NCBI RefSeq assembly: GCF_037042905.1
Contig: NC_087245.1
Span: forward strand, 29,326,001-29,390,000
DNA: 64,000 bases
Direction of reading: 5' to 3'
DNA from: Lytechinus pictus
Lineage: Eukaryota
The notes beneath the pieces are model-generated. The model worked only from the letters and a program-made list of their open reading frames with translations. It was not told the origin of the DNA and did not search any database. The translations under genes and the position numbers were made by a program. Shown in pieces: positions 11,444 through 23,586 of this stretch; within the stretch, counting starts at the first letter, position 1; each line of letters opens with the position of its first letter.

Positions 11444-12041
11444 AAATAGTCCTTATGTACGTATAGGTTATATGTTAATCAATGCAATGTTGAAAGGGTT
11501 GGTATTCCCATGCCGTATCCCTGATCATGGACCTACAAAGAGAACGCGAGCCTTTCCTTTGATGTAATGACTGTCACCGTCACATGATTGTGTGCATATT
11601 AATGAGAACATTCACGTGTTCTGCCAATATCGACTACCAAGGGGCATCTGAATACAAACTTGGAGCAATTTTCCTGGTCTTGGTTCTAGTTGGTTGGTGT
11701 ACTATTTCAAAACAGGCATTTCAATATAAGTATGTGGATAGCTATAACATTGCTATGAGATTATGGCCAGAGTAATCAATAAAATATCGTCACATGCATA
11801 TATCTATTCAATTTACAAACTTTTATTCATTTCATTCTATTCCATTTTCATTTGGTTTACATGAAGATGTGCCAGGCCCTCGGAGAGGAACGTAAGCATC
11901 GGGTACTCTGGTCTCTTGCTTACATGCATTCATGCTTCCTTAGAAATCATGGAGGAAAAAATATCACAAAAAATATCCAACCCTCGATATTCGAAATAAA
12001 GCTATTCGTCATTTTTTATTATCATCATCATGATATTAACC

Positions 12042-12295
12042 GGGCATGGTGGCTCAGTGGTAGAGCGTCCGCCTCATGAACGGGAGGTCGTGGGTTCGAT
12101 CCTCGGTCGAGTCATACCAAAGACTTATGAAAATGGGACCTTCTGCCTTCTTGCTAGGCGCTCAGCATTTAGATTGGAGAAGGGTAATAATAACATATTA
12201 TGTTATGCAGGGCCCGCTGGTAGAGCAGTTTCACTAACTGGCTATACCCTTGGCTATACCCTGGGTAATTAAAACGTTATTAGTATCATTATTAT
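12042..12295 (+). mobile_element. tRNA-derived SINE
   Basis: Pol III A box TGGCTCAGTGG and B box GGTTCGATCCT, followed by GAGTCATACCAAAGAC, a ~150-bp body and a (TTA)-rich tail. The tRNA acceptor stem does not close. Confidence 0.8.
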
Positions 12296-15273
12296 CATCG
12301 TCGTCGTCACCGTCCAACACCAAACATACCGTTATCGGCAGTCTATTTCATTCTAAAGCTGGATACGCTGACGGAGTTTCATCCTGATTCCTGGCACATT
12401 GAATTTTGAACGAAAGATTCAAAGCTCATAATGAATTTGACATCACCCCATAGATCCGACATGCCATCCTATATCACCCTACAATCAGGTATAGAGGAAA
12501 AGAGGGTAAGGTGTCCCTTGCAGAATTTGTCAAGACTGTTGACTTCTTCGGGGGGGGGTGGCTTGTCAATTATTTGCACCTGCTGACGAGGTTTGACATG
12601 CTCCCAGAAGCGTCATGATGAGCCAAAAGTTTTGAGAGGGCGGACATGGAATATATAGGGCAAAAATTACTATAAAAAAGCTACGAGCGAAGAGAGTGCA
12701 TGCATGAGCAAAATATATGACCCTATTAATACAAAAATCGAGTTTTGTGATAGGTCTCGACATAACATTCGGAAAATAATATCATATCTCACTTCTTTTC
12801 TTTTCCATTTCTTTCTTTTATTAATTTGTGTTTATCTTGGTCTTGAAAATATTGGGGGTGGTTCATAAGGCCCCAAAGCCCCCTCCCCCATCTGCACGCC
12901 AGTGGGTACGCCATTACCACTGAAAGTTTGCTGTAATTTAGCAAATGGCTGCTTCTCTATGAGCAAGATGAACTGATGAATATCGGCATGTGCATCCGGC
13001 ACTATACTGTATATACCGGACGTTGGAACGGAGGTATTTATCTCACTATTGTTCAACCAAAGATCACAAGTGATCCGCTCCAACGTTAAGGTAAATTCAC
13101 GTTCCAGATTCTGTTTCCTGCTGGCAAAATTTTGAACTAGTTGTTCATAAACCTGTTTCGTTATATCCATGAGAGAACAAAGAAGGGTGAGTAAATAATT
13201 TTTTCCCAAAATATTGTTCCAAATCGTTGATCTAACACGGGACGTATATTGCGTGTATTTCTTTCCGCTTTCATAGTTTTGCAGAGTGGAATGACAGTTT
13301 TTTTTTTATAGATCTGTGATCAGTAGTGACCGTGATGTTAACATTTTCGAAAAACACATCCATGTCATTTGAAGCTTTCTACAAAGAACTGTGCTAATTC
13401 GTTGTGTTTCTTGCTTCATTATTATTCCGACACTCTCTTCACTATTCAGTATGGAAAGGGTGTAATTCAGATTATTAAAAGTATTTACAGAGTACGGAAA
13501 TATGCCTATAGCTTTATGTATGTATTCATTGTGATATGCAACTTGTGTCGTTGTACATCCTGCCTAGCATTTTTCTTTTCATTAAACCATTTTATATGAA
13601 ATAAAAACTCGCATGTGACGTGTTTAACATCAGAAATTCAATAAATGAATATAACTATAGTAAAGGTATCATTTTAAAATGTGACCCAAAACCCCTCCTC
13701 CTCGAGTTTGTTCAAAAACTTCCCTCAATGAGATATCCCTCTTTTCGAAGGGAGGATGAAAATTCGGTGGTTGGAATTTTGGCTTGTCAAAAATATTTCT
13801 GCAGGGAAATCGATCAACTTAAATAAAATTCCTTTGCCCAACCCACCCTCGGTAACATTCATGATTGTATACAATGATAAATTAGTAACACAAAAACTGT
13901 GTTACTTACAGTAATATCTACAGTGCAACATCACTGGTAATACTTATATAATACTTATATCATTGTTATCACTTTTGTCACCATAATATCATTATAATAA
14001 TATCGTTATCATTGTCGTATTCACCATTACAACAATCATTGCTTTTTTACACAATTAATGAAACTAGGTAACTTCATAAGGATTTTAGATTGAGGGAGCA
14101 GGGGGGGGGGGGGGTTCGGGACAAGGTACCACATTTCTTCATTCTATGTTTTGTTATAAAGGCATCGTGACTTGCCTACAGTTGTCATCGAGAACCGTGG
14201 CTCATACGCGACAACTTCTGCTTGTATTGGTGAAATAAAAATAATCCATTTATATTACCCAGTAACATTTGCGAATATTATTGTTTGATCACATTTATCA
14301 AGTAAATGTACGGTAAACATGCCTTTGTGTAATCTAACGGGGACTTTGACATTCTCGACCGAAAGGCAAATAAAGCACACTTTTTCACTGGCATTGCAGC
14401 AGAGTAGTAAATGCTAATGTATATTTTGGAATAAAGCAATACAATATGAAATATGTTATGAAAATCGTCGTGATGTTGCCTATGGAGCGATCACATCTGG
14501 ACAATTTAGCCAGCGCACGACGCCGACGTACTGTCCTCGTCGACGGCCGTTTCCTCCTTTAAACCAATGTCTTGTTATCAAACACTTCATTCTTAAAATA
14601 TCGAGATTGCATTTTGTTAACAACACAAGATATAAAGAATTCAAATTATTTGTATAAATGAACATTTGTGTTGTTAACAAAGGGAAATTATTGATATAAA
14701 GAAATGGGATTAAGAAAACGGTTTGCCATAGCCTGCGTACGTCTCGTACGAAGGCTTAAGTATTCTTCATTTGAATCGTATTTAGATATGATGTTTCCGC
14801 TATAGCCCAAAAGCCTGTGGAACAAGAACCCGGGACATGAACTCATATGTAAATATGTACAACATCATCAAAATATGTTTTGGTGGTACTCGTGTCCCAC
14901 GTGTTCTGTACTGTCGTGATGAAATAGTACTTATCTTAAATATCTTATTATGATGTGAACAATGCCCCAGTACTCAAACAGTAACTGAAAGAATAATGAC
15001 TTAATGATACTATTAACAATGCACTTCGTATATTCTTGAAAATCGAAACTCTGAACACTTATATCCAGTTGAACATGATAAATTTACCTTGGTTTGAACA
15101 TTTTGTTTTACTTTCGATGTTTACATTCGGAAAAGTGGTTACCAATTGATTTAGGCATGTGTTGCCAATTTATGGTTACCGTGTGACAGGAAAAGGGTGC
15201 TAGTTCGATTATATTATCATTCTCTTCTTTCTTTTCACTCAGTTATTTGTTATTTCAAAACGACGGTGTATCA

Positions 15274-18200
15274 ATGGTCGACGCTTATTTCCTCTTCATG
15301 GCTCTACTTTTGCATATCGTTATTCTTCAGCTGCTGTCGATATATGCTTCAGGTACGTTTCCCACCTTTATCGGTGACTATGTATATTATCCTGATTTCG
15401 CTACTGTTTGGATAATGGGATATTTGTATGTTTTGGTATACGAACGGCATGACAAAGAAAAAAAATCTTCTGCCCACCCCATTGAGTGCTTGAAAATATG
15501 AATTAAACCTGCAAGATTTATTCTTTTTTTACTGTAGATATATGAACATTGTTTTTTATGTGATCTTTCGTTATGTACCCCCTCCCGTATGTTCATCTCT
15601 CCCCACTCCTTTAGCTCGATCGCCCTATCTATTGCTAACTCTCCTTCATGTATTTCGTAATTACGGCCAAAGACGATCAGGCACTGGTAACTGCCATAAG
15701 TAACCATATTATAAGAATGGCAAACACCCAAATGAAAATTTGAAGAAGTGACACGCATCAAGCAAAGTTTCTTTGTCAATGTCTCACACGTAGATCTTTA
15801 TTTTAATTCTTTCTTTCACAGCAACGACGGTCAATGTCACAATAGGGGAAAACACATTTAAGACCTGCACCTCGTCATCGTGTGGCAATGTAAACTGTGG
15901 AGAAGTACCCGGTGATCCAACTCCTTGTCATTGTGACCAGGCATGTGAGTTCTACAACGACTGCTGCGGAGACTACAGAATGGTCTGCTCTGGGACGAAC
16001 TCTACAGAGAGCACAAGGGGTTTCCGTGAGACAGTGGATGATATAGGAGGAGAGGTGAACACTGAGTGCATCTCTCCGAACGCAGATTCATCAGATGCTT
16101 TCTGGATGATTCAGTCATGCCCTGAAACGTGGCATGATGCTGTTTTGCGCAATAGGTGCACGTCAAATGAGTCTTCAACAAACACCGATTTGAGGCTCCT
16201 GCCAGTGGTCCATGGTGGTGTTACATACAGAAATATATTTTGCGCTGTCTGCAATGGTGTCGAGTTCTATAGCGGCGGTCTCACTGGTTGGAAGTTTGAA
16301 TTCAGTTGCTTGAAACGGCATGCAACATTTGTCGAGTCCGAAAACATAACAATTCACGAACTCATCAATTCTGAAAATTGCGAACCACGTTTTTCGCCTC
16401 CTTCAGGTGTGCCACAAAGTAGTCTTCGCCCATGTCTGAACTATAATTATGTAGCAGGTTGTCCGCCTGATTCCCCACGGACTCTTCTAGAGGGATGTAT
16501 GTCCTTTACTGGTATCTTCACAGAAGAATCGACAGGTCGATACAAGAATCCATACTGCAAACTTTGCAATGAGGGCGCAATCAGTAAGAATTGGACAACT
16601 GATGAACAAAAAGAATACGTGGAGAGATTATGCTCCTCTCCGGGGGAGTCTTTGACACCTGTCGTCGCGTCTAGCAGCATTGGCAGCTTTAGCTTTCTAG
16701 ACGAATCTGGAGAACCCAGCGACAATGATATCGGCATGTCCCTGACACCGATCTCCGTGATTGTTGATTTTTCTGCTAAGAGTAGTGTGTCCATCTTCTA
16801 TTCTGAGAACATGGTTGTGGAAAGGCAGGTGGCGTGTAACTTTGGTGAAGTCTACGATCTGACGTCTGATGGATGTGTGGCAGTCACATGTACTGATGGA
16901 TATACACTCACTAATGGTAGGTGTGTCAGGGATGCACCGTCGGTTAACCTTACATGTGGTAACAATAATGCCAATTTGGAGTTATCCATGACTGTGGTAA
17001 TAGCGACAGACAGCAATGACACGTGCCTGAAACTGGAAATTGATAAATTGGGTCAGCTTTCGAACTGCATTGCTGTAAGCCTCAACTTGCCCAATGAATC
17101 ATTCACTATTAAACATCAAATTCCACAGGATAATGTCACTAAACAAGTAGATAATAACACTAATTGCAAGGAAGTTATGCATGAGGGACGGGCTTACACA
17201 TCCATGGAATACACATTTTACACAGCAGTCCTTGATTATGCAGAGCTTGAAGACGCCATCGACAGGTCGCTTCTGTACGTTTATCAGCCAGCGATGGGTT
17301 GTGATATTAAAGATGTAGACATTTCACGCAGATGTGTCGCGATAGAAGGGCTCCCCAATTGTGATCGCGGCCGTAAGGAACTTTCCTATTATCAATTTCA
17401 AAATCATAATGGCACATCTTTTGTTTACGATAATGAGACGGGCAACCTCTACCATCCATATGAGACGGAGCTAATTGCGACTTACGACAGCCAATATCCT
17501 TCGACCATTCGCAAGTTCCATAAGAAAGAAGTTGTTCACATCTGCGATCGAGGGCACTTTCTTTCCTGTCCACTCATATCTCGAAACGTATCATATTTCA
17601 CCACAGTGGAAGGGAAGTCTAATTTTCTAAGACATGCAGCGACCGGGGAAATACTTGGTCCAGATGAATACATGGTGGCAGCAGATGGTAACATCCAGGT
17701 ATGTGTGCCAGAGGGATCGGGTCAAAACGCAACAGTGAACGAAACTGTCGTGAAATACTTTTTCCGGTACGATCAGTCGCAGGTTATTCTTAGCTACGTT
17801 GGTGTGTGTATGTCACTCGTTGCACTAATCGCCACTTTCCTGACGTACAGTACCTTCCCTGTCCTCCGACAGTGTGTCAGCAACAAACTTATCATGATAC
17901 TCTGTGTAGCTCTTTTTGCAGCTCAACTCCTGCAATTACTGAATGGCATTGCAACAAGAAACGCTTACGCCTGCATGATAGTAGCAGTAATCGGTCATTT
18001 TCTGTGGCTCTTTGTTTTTGCCATGACAACAGGTCTAGCGTTCGAACTGGATAGGACTTTCGGCAGCTTGAACAACTTCAGCGTGTCCTCAGATAGTCTC
18101 GTCTCGCTTTTGAAATACACGACATTCGCACTTTCCTTAGCCGGTGCCATCGTTGCCAGTTGTCTTGGGATTCATTTCACAATAGGGGAAGAGATAGACT

Positions 18201-19007
18201 TTCATTACGGCAGTGAAACTCTATGTTGGATTGGTGACAGGACTGTGAATCTGATAGCATTTGGTGGGCCACTCGCGATCTTCTTACTATTCAACATTAT
18301 ATTATTTGGACACACAGTGCACGGAATAAGGCATGTGACCAAGATTCGAAATCGTGCTATCCGGCATTCTAGCACTTTAAAGGAAAGGGGAAAGGAGCTA
18401 CAAATATATTGGAAGGTATGTATCAGCACTTTTATTTCTGTTCTGGTATCTTACCATGGTAAATGCTCATGGTAGTCACTGAGTGCACTTCATCGCCAAA
18501 AGAAGTCCCAATCATGACAAAGTTGTAATATGCAATGGGGTCAGGTTTGTTTATACGTAAATATGTAGCTGAAATATTATTGATCAACTCGTGCTTTGTT
18601 TTATTTTTACATTATTACTACATGGTTCCCTCTCTCATACACCCTCTCTCTCTTCCCATCTTTTTCACGTGTAGATATCAACACTATTAGGTTTCACCTG
18701 GCTTTTCGGGTTCGTAGCCGCTTTTGCAGGAGTGCCAGCCCTATGGTACATCTTCATCATCCTAAATTCTCTCCAGGGCGTCTACATTTTTCTTGCGTTC
18801 ATGGCCAACAAAAGGGTCTACCACCTCTGGGCCAGCGTACTGTGCTGCAGGACACGGGGTGACAAACTGACAAAGCAAGGAAAGGGCCATCGCAGCAATG
18901 GTAAATCAACGACATTGACACTGGTTGCAGGAACAGTATCGACGACATCTGAACACCGTATCGCCAACCAGTTCACAACCTGGAACTCGAGTGCGACAAA
19001 GGTGTGA
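15274..19007 (+). CDS. Family-B (adhesion/Methuselah-like) 7TM GPCR with signal peptide, somatomedin-B domain and long Cys-rich ectodomain, ~1001 aa
   Basis: Exons: 15274-15352 (signal peptide MVDAYFLFMALLLHIVILQLLSIYAS; donor G|GTACGT), 15822-18415 (acceptor ttcacag; donor AAG|GTATGT) and 18675-19007 (acceptor gtgtag; TGA). Total 3006 nt in frame. SMB motif CHCDQACEFYNDCCGDYRMVC. Family-B TM motifs LSYVGVCMSLVAL, C..VAVIGHFLWL, YGSETLCWI, FGGP, LLGFTWLFGF and LNSLQGVYIF. Confidence 0.9.
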
Positions 19008-19295
19008 CATGTGGCTTCAAATGTCTCATTTTATACGTTTACTTAGCAGATCTTACGAGAAATTACTGTAGATTTGGGGTGTTGATACATCTTCTTAATG
19101 CTCAGGCAAAAACATTCGACACAAACACATGTAGGTATAAAAAATATCGCATACATGTATTTATTGGTTGAGATCAAGCGACACCAGAATAAAAAAAGAA
19201 CAAACACCAACAATCCTAATCTTCATCACAAAATAATTATGTACTTATTGTGTAAAAGAATTATAAAGCTATCAAGAAGGATAATGAAATTAAAA

Positions 19296-19397
19296 GTCAT
19301 TGCATTTGGACCTACTCAAATTCTGAATAATACTAAAAACTCTGTCCATGTCATTGCATTTGGACCAACTTAAATTCTGAATAATACTCAGAACTCT
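19296..19397. repeat. 54-bp-period tandem duplication downstream of the family-B GPCR stop
   Basis: GTCATTGCATTTGGACC(T/A)ACT(C/T)AAATTCTGAATAATACT(A/C)A(A/G)AACTCT at 19296 and 19350. Confidence 0.85.
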
Positions 19398-20758
19398 TTC
19401 ATGTTCGTTTTAAATCTTGACGATGAGACTTCATGAATACAGACACGAGTAATAACGGTCTCATCATCGATGAAAATAATGTCCATTGATAAGAAACATT
19501 GGGATGCTTTCAAACGTCTGAATGGATCCTATTCAAACCATTAACTGACAGCATACACATGATCCATCTTGCCTAAAATGCAAATCGATGATGGCAGGTC
19601 ATATAAACAAATACCTGGTCAAAGTTTCGATATGAGGAAAATTCGCCAAATTAGGATTCACGCCATTAATATTCAGAAAACAAATATGTTCGGTCAGTAT
19701 AATTCGGCTATTACCTTTGGCGTGTAAGAATGGTTTTACAGGTAATGTGTGGGTTATTATTTCTAAAGCCCCCGTTAATTTTGTAATGATATTGCACATT
19801 GCGGCTCACCATTCCATAATTAGGTATAGAATCGTGATAAGCAAGCTATCCTTTACAAATATCTCATTTATCATATTTATGGTCATACTCTGCAGTTCCA
19901 TTCTTATTTCGTTTAACGTGACTGTGCACTATTTCATGTAAATTGCATATGTATATACTAGTTTGCAGTTATTGTGCTATTGCGTCGAAGTGATATTTAC
20001 ACATACATGCATTCGGGAAAAGATATCCCGCTTATTCAACCATCCTTTTAATGGATAACTTCTTTAGTTAGTATTATCTTCTTGGCTGAAATATATTGGC
20101 AACAAACAAACCACTTCCAGATTGGGATTTTTTTTTCTTTTCATCGAAAGGAGAAGTCCAAGGTGACATTGAGTTGCCTTTAAAAATCAGAAAAATGCAC
20201 CTTTTTGACGTCACCTTTCCCAATGGACTCATTTAGTAAATCCCACTCAAAAATGTAATTTCTTCTGTATCTACCGAAAGTAAATTTATCACATCATAGA
20301 AATAAATCATATCGCAAGATAATTTCAAATACATATGCATTTAAAAGAAAACAAATTAACAAACTGACATTAAAAATAACGCATATGACTTTGAACTGGA
20401 CGTAACTGATGTGAAAACATTTACATTTTAATCAAGCAATACATGTATACTCCTAATACTTTTCAGGCACCGTTACACAAAGATTACTGATCATTGAAAT
20501 TTTGAAACAACGATAGATTAGTTGTAAGTGGATTTGGAGATCCTCAAACTCATGCACCCAGTCATATTGATTGGTCATTGTTATGTCCCCTTATTTACTG
20601 CAAACCTTTGTGTTTAATAGAAGCCCCGACAGCATAGTCTTTGTTTTCAGGCACTTAACGAATTAGCACATTTACTGAATATCTCACAAGGAATGATAAA
20701 AATACCCTGTATCCTTTTGACCCTGTAATCCACTTGGTATAAAGTTTCATAAGATTGA

Positions 20759-21413
20759 CCCTAAAAGGACTGGGGGGCATGATGCCCCATCCCCCCCCCC
20801 CCTTGATGCTTCGCGCGATATTTCCCAAATGCAAAATGAAAGCACCGCAATTTTTAAAGACTTTTTTCTTTGAAGTCTCGGGCAACTCAATCGCGACGCA
20901 CGGGTATAGCATCGCGACGCCACGTGACTTAATGGCTCATTTTTGTGTACAAAGTCTATGGGAGATGAAATTCATATAAGGGTGATTATTTTTCGTTCTA
21001 ATTGGTCTGCTTAATTAATTTAGGGTTTAATTTAGTTGTTAAATGGTCTGCAATAAATTCCATTGAAAAAAAAAATAACAAGGAAAAAAAAAAGATATAC
21101 ATAAGAAAATCTTAAAACAAATACATGAGGAAAAATTTTTCTTTGTGAAAACCTGTAAATTAGATTACAAAGATGACATCTGGTAAAAAAGAGGAAAATT
21201 TAAATTGGGTGTTAAATTTTCAAATAATGATTTTCACGAATAAATTTGCATATTTTATTCATACTAAATAGAATTAATTATTTTCAGATTTTTATACTGG
21301 CTTGTAGTTTATGTGCGTCCCAGATTTTGGCGCGAACGGCGGTCGAGATCAGAAGGGGGGCATCATGCCCCCCAGTCCTCAGTACATCTCAAATAGCCCA
21401 GTCCTTTTTAGGG
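20759..21413. mobile_element. Non-autonomous piggyBac-like element (CCC...GGG ends, degenerate TTAA flanks)
   Basis: TTGA|CCCTAAAAGGACTGGG...CCCAGTCCTTTTTAGGG|TGAA, with a subterminal inverted repeat GGACTGGGGGGCATGATGCCCC / GGGGCATCATGCCCCCCAGTCC. Confidence 0.7.
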
Positions 21414-21558
21414 TGAATCATTAATTACTCGTTGACATAATCAGAAGGGCTCCAATGTTTGAACGTAGAAAAAAATACATTTACACTCAATAAAAACACA
21501 ATAAAATTAGAGATCCCGTATAGATTTTATATATGATGTATTATAATATTTTAAACAT

Positions 21559-21869
21559 GGCCCGTATTCTGAACTCAGGTTTAAATTAAACCCTGGTTTA
21601 AAGTTGTGGTTTAACTATGGAGAGCCAATTTGGGGCCCAAGTCCCTAACAGTATACACTCCATTCATTAACTCATATGACACCCAAATTGTTCATAATTG
21701 TCTGGGAATGATAACTGAAGTATTTTTCTTCATTATGAAAGCATAATGAAACAAAATAGTAAACATAAGAAATATACAATAAAAACATTTTTTTAATAGT
21801 TGGCTTCCCATAATATTAGCACAGAGTTTGACCGTGGTCTAAGTTAAACTTGACTTCAGAACACGGCCC
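21559..21869. mobile_element. PIF/Harbinger-like MITE
   Basis: Imperfect TIRs GGCCCGTATTCTGAACTCAGGTTTAA ... TTAAACTTGACTTCAGAACACGGCCC. Confidence 0.6.
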
Positions 21870-22590
21870 AATGCAAACAATTTATGAGTTGAATGTGTGA
21901 AAATATTGGGGTTTAGTGGGGGTGAGAAAGTTATATATAACGCTTAGATGTTTTGTAAAATTTTACATTGTCGTTAAAATTCATTTTAAAAAACCTGATT
22001 GAAATAATAACATTATTGAGATGAAAGTATTATTGAAATAGTAAGTTCATAAATTACACACGTTTTTACTGTGAATCTAGTTTTCATTAAAAAAACGTGC
22101 ACAAAGAATACTGTTTTATGCAGTCCTTGAAATTGTGCCAGAGATTACCTAAACCGACGCCATATATCTTATGACCAATGTTGGATTACACTTTATAAGC
22201 AGTTTCACAAAATGAATAATTGAACCATAACCCCCCCCCCCCCCCACATTCGTTACTTCATTTTAAAAAGTTAAAAATCCATTCCAGAAGTGGGAAATCA
22301 ACAGGGCAATTCAATGTATGGTTGACCCTTATTTGCTATATAAAAATTAAATGCTCTATAATTATTTCAAAACAATGTGTTTTTTTTTCGTCAATTTTTA
22401 CATGTTCCCTGAGAAAGAAAATATGGCATGCTGAAAATATTAAAAGCGGAAAGAAACAAAAAATATATTCATATCGCTATCTAATCAGAGTATTTTGAGG
22501 GTTTTTTTCTCAACCGAAAGTTTCTATTGATATATGAATAAAAAGTGTGTAAGGATTATCGGGAGAATTTAGTACGTTTCTGCTACAACT

Positions 22591-23165
22591 TACGGAGGTT
22601 TTTAAGTGCCATCGACTTGTCAAGATGGGGAGATACGTTTTCTCGCCAAGTCGACATATGAAAAGTTGTATGTCGACATCGTGATGGCGAAATAATTATC
22701 TTGCCAGTTCGATATAAAAAAGTTTTTTTGTCAACATGGCGAGATACATTATTTCATCGAGTCGACTTATGAAAGGTTGTACGTCAACATGGCGAGATAC
22801 ATGAACTCGCTATGTTGACATATAGCAATTATTGGCGAGATTTAATTTTATATCCAGAGGTGCACACCGCGCGCCAATGGATGTTGGTATATAACTAGCC
22901 ACACTGCATCGGCCAGGATTCGTTTCCAATTACGGGATAAGGTGCCTGCATGGTGTTGATATAAAACTAAATCTCGTCATTTACTATTTATAAGTCAGTA
23001 ATGCGTGATTATGATCACGCCATGTTGACATATAACTTTTCATATGTCGACCTGGCGAGATAATGTATCTGGCCAAGTCGACATACAACTTTTTTATATT
23101 TCAACTTGGCTTGATAATTATCTAGCCATGTTGACAGACAACTTTTCGTTTATAGTCGACTTAAG
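22591..23165. repeat. Foldback-like inverted array of short palindromic units (GTCGACAT / GGCGAGATA)
   Basis: Alternating GTCGACATATGAAAAGTTGTATGTCGAC and GGCGAGATAxxTATCTCGCC-like units. Inner arms 22833-22854 and 22958-22979 are 20/22 complementary. Confidence 0.7.
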
Positions 23166-23586
23166 TTGAAAAGATTACAGTCGAATCGATTTTCACACGA
23201 TTCTCTTTCAGCCTCATTCCACTCCTACCAATAAGTTATTTGCATAGAAAATTCTGACAAAATAATGTCACGAAAGCATCACTTGGTCCCAATGTTCAAA
23301 AGTGGAAGAAGTCATAAATCAAAGACACAGAAAATTAAGAGAAATGCATTACTCGTTTAAGTTTGCACACTTCTTTGTTTTCATCCTGTGTTTAACCCTT
23401 CACGTTTTTCATTTCCTGCGGATGAGACTCGACGAAACTTAGAAATAAAATGATCAAACACAGTCGTTTGAAAAATTCAACTGAAAAGCCTGCTGGTCAT
23501 TATATATTATTTGTTTCAAATTTAGAAATATAAATACATATCCGTAACAAAATACCCTTTTCGAAGATGCTCATTCAAAGCTTTTA

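Noticed and set aside
12042-12115. tRNA gene
   Set aside because: The acceptor stem does not pair, and the sequence continues into a SINE body and tail.
16447-17573. Antisense ORFs within the family-B GPCR exon
   Set aside because: Shadow frames of the long plus-strand coding exon.
22612-23165. CRISPR-like array of palindromic repeats
   Set aside because: Eukaryotic context, degenerate units with no unique spacers, and no cas genes.
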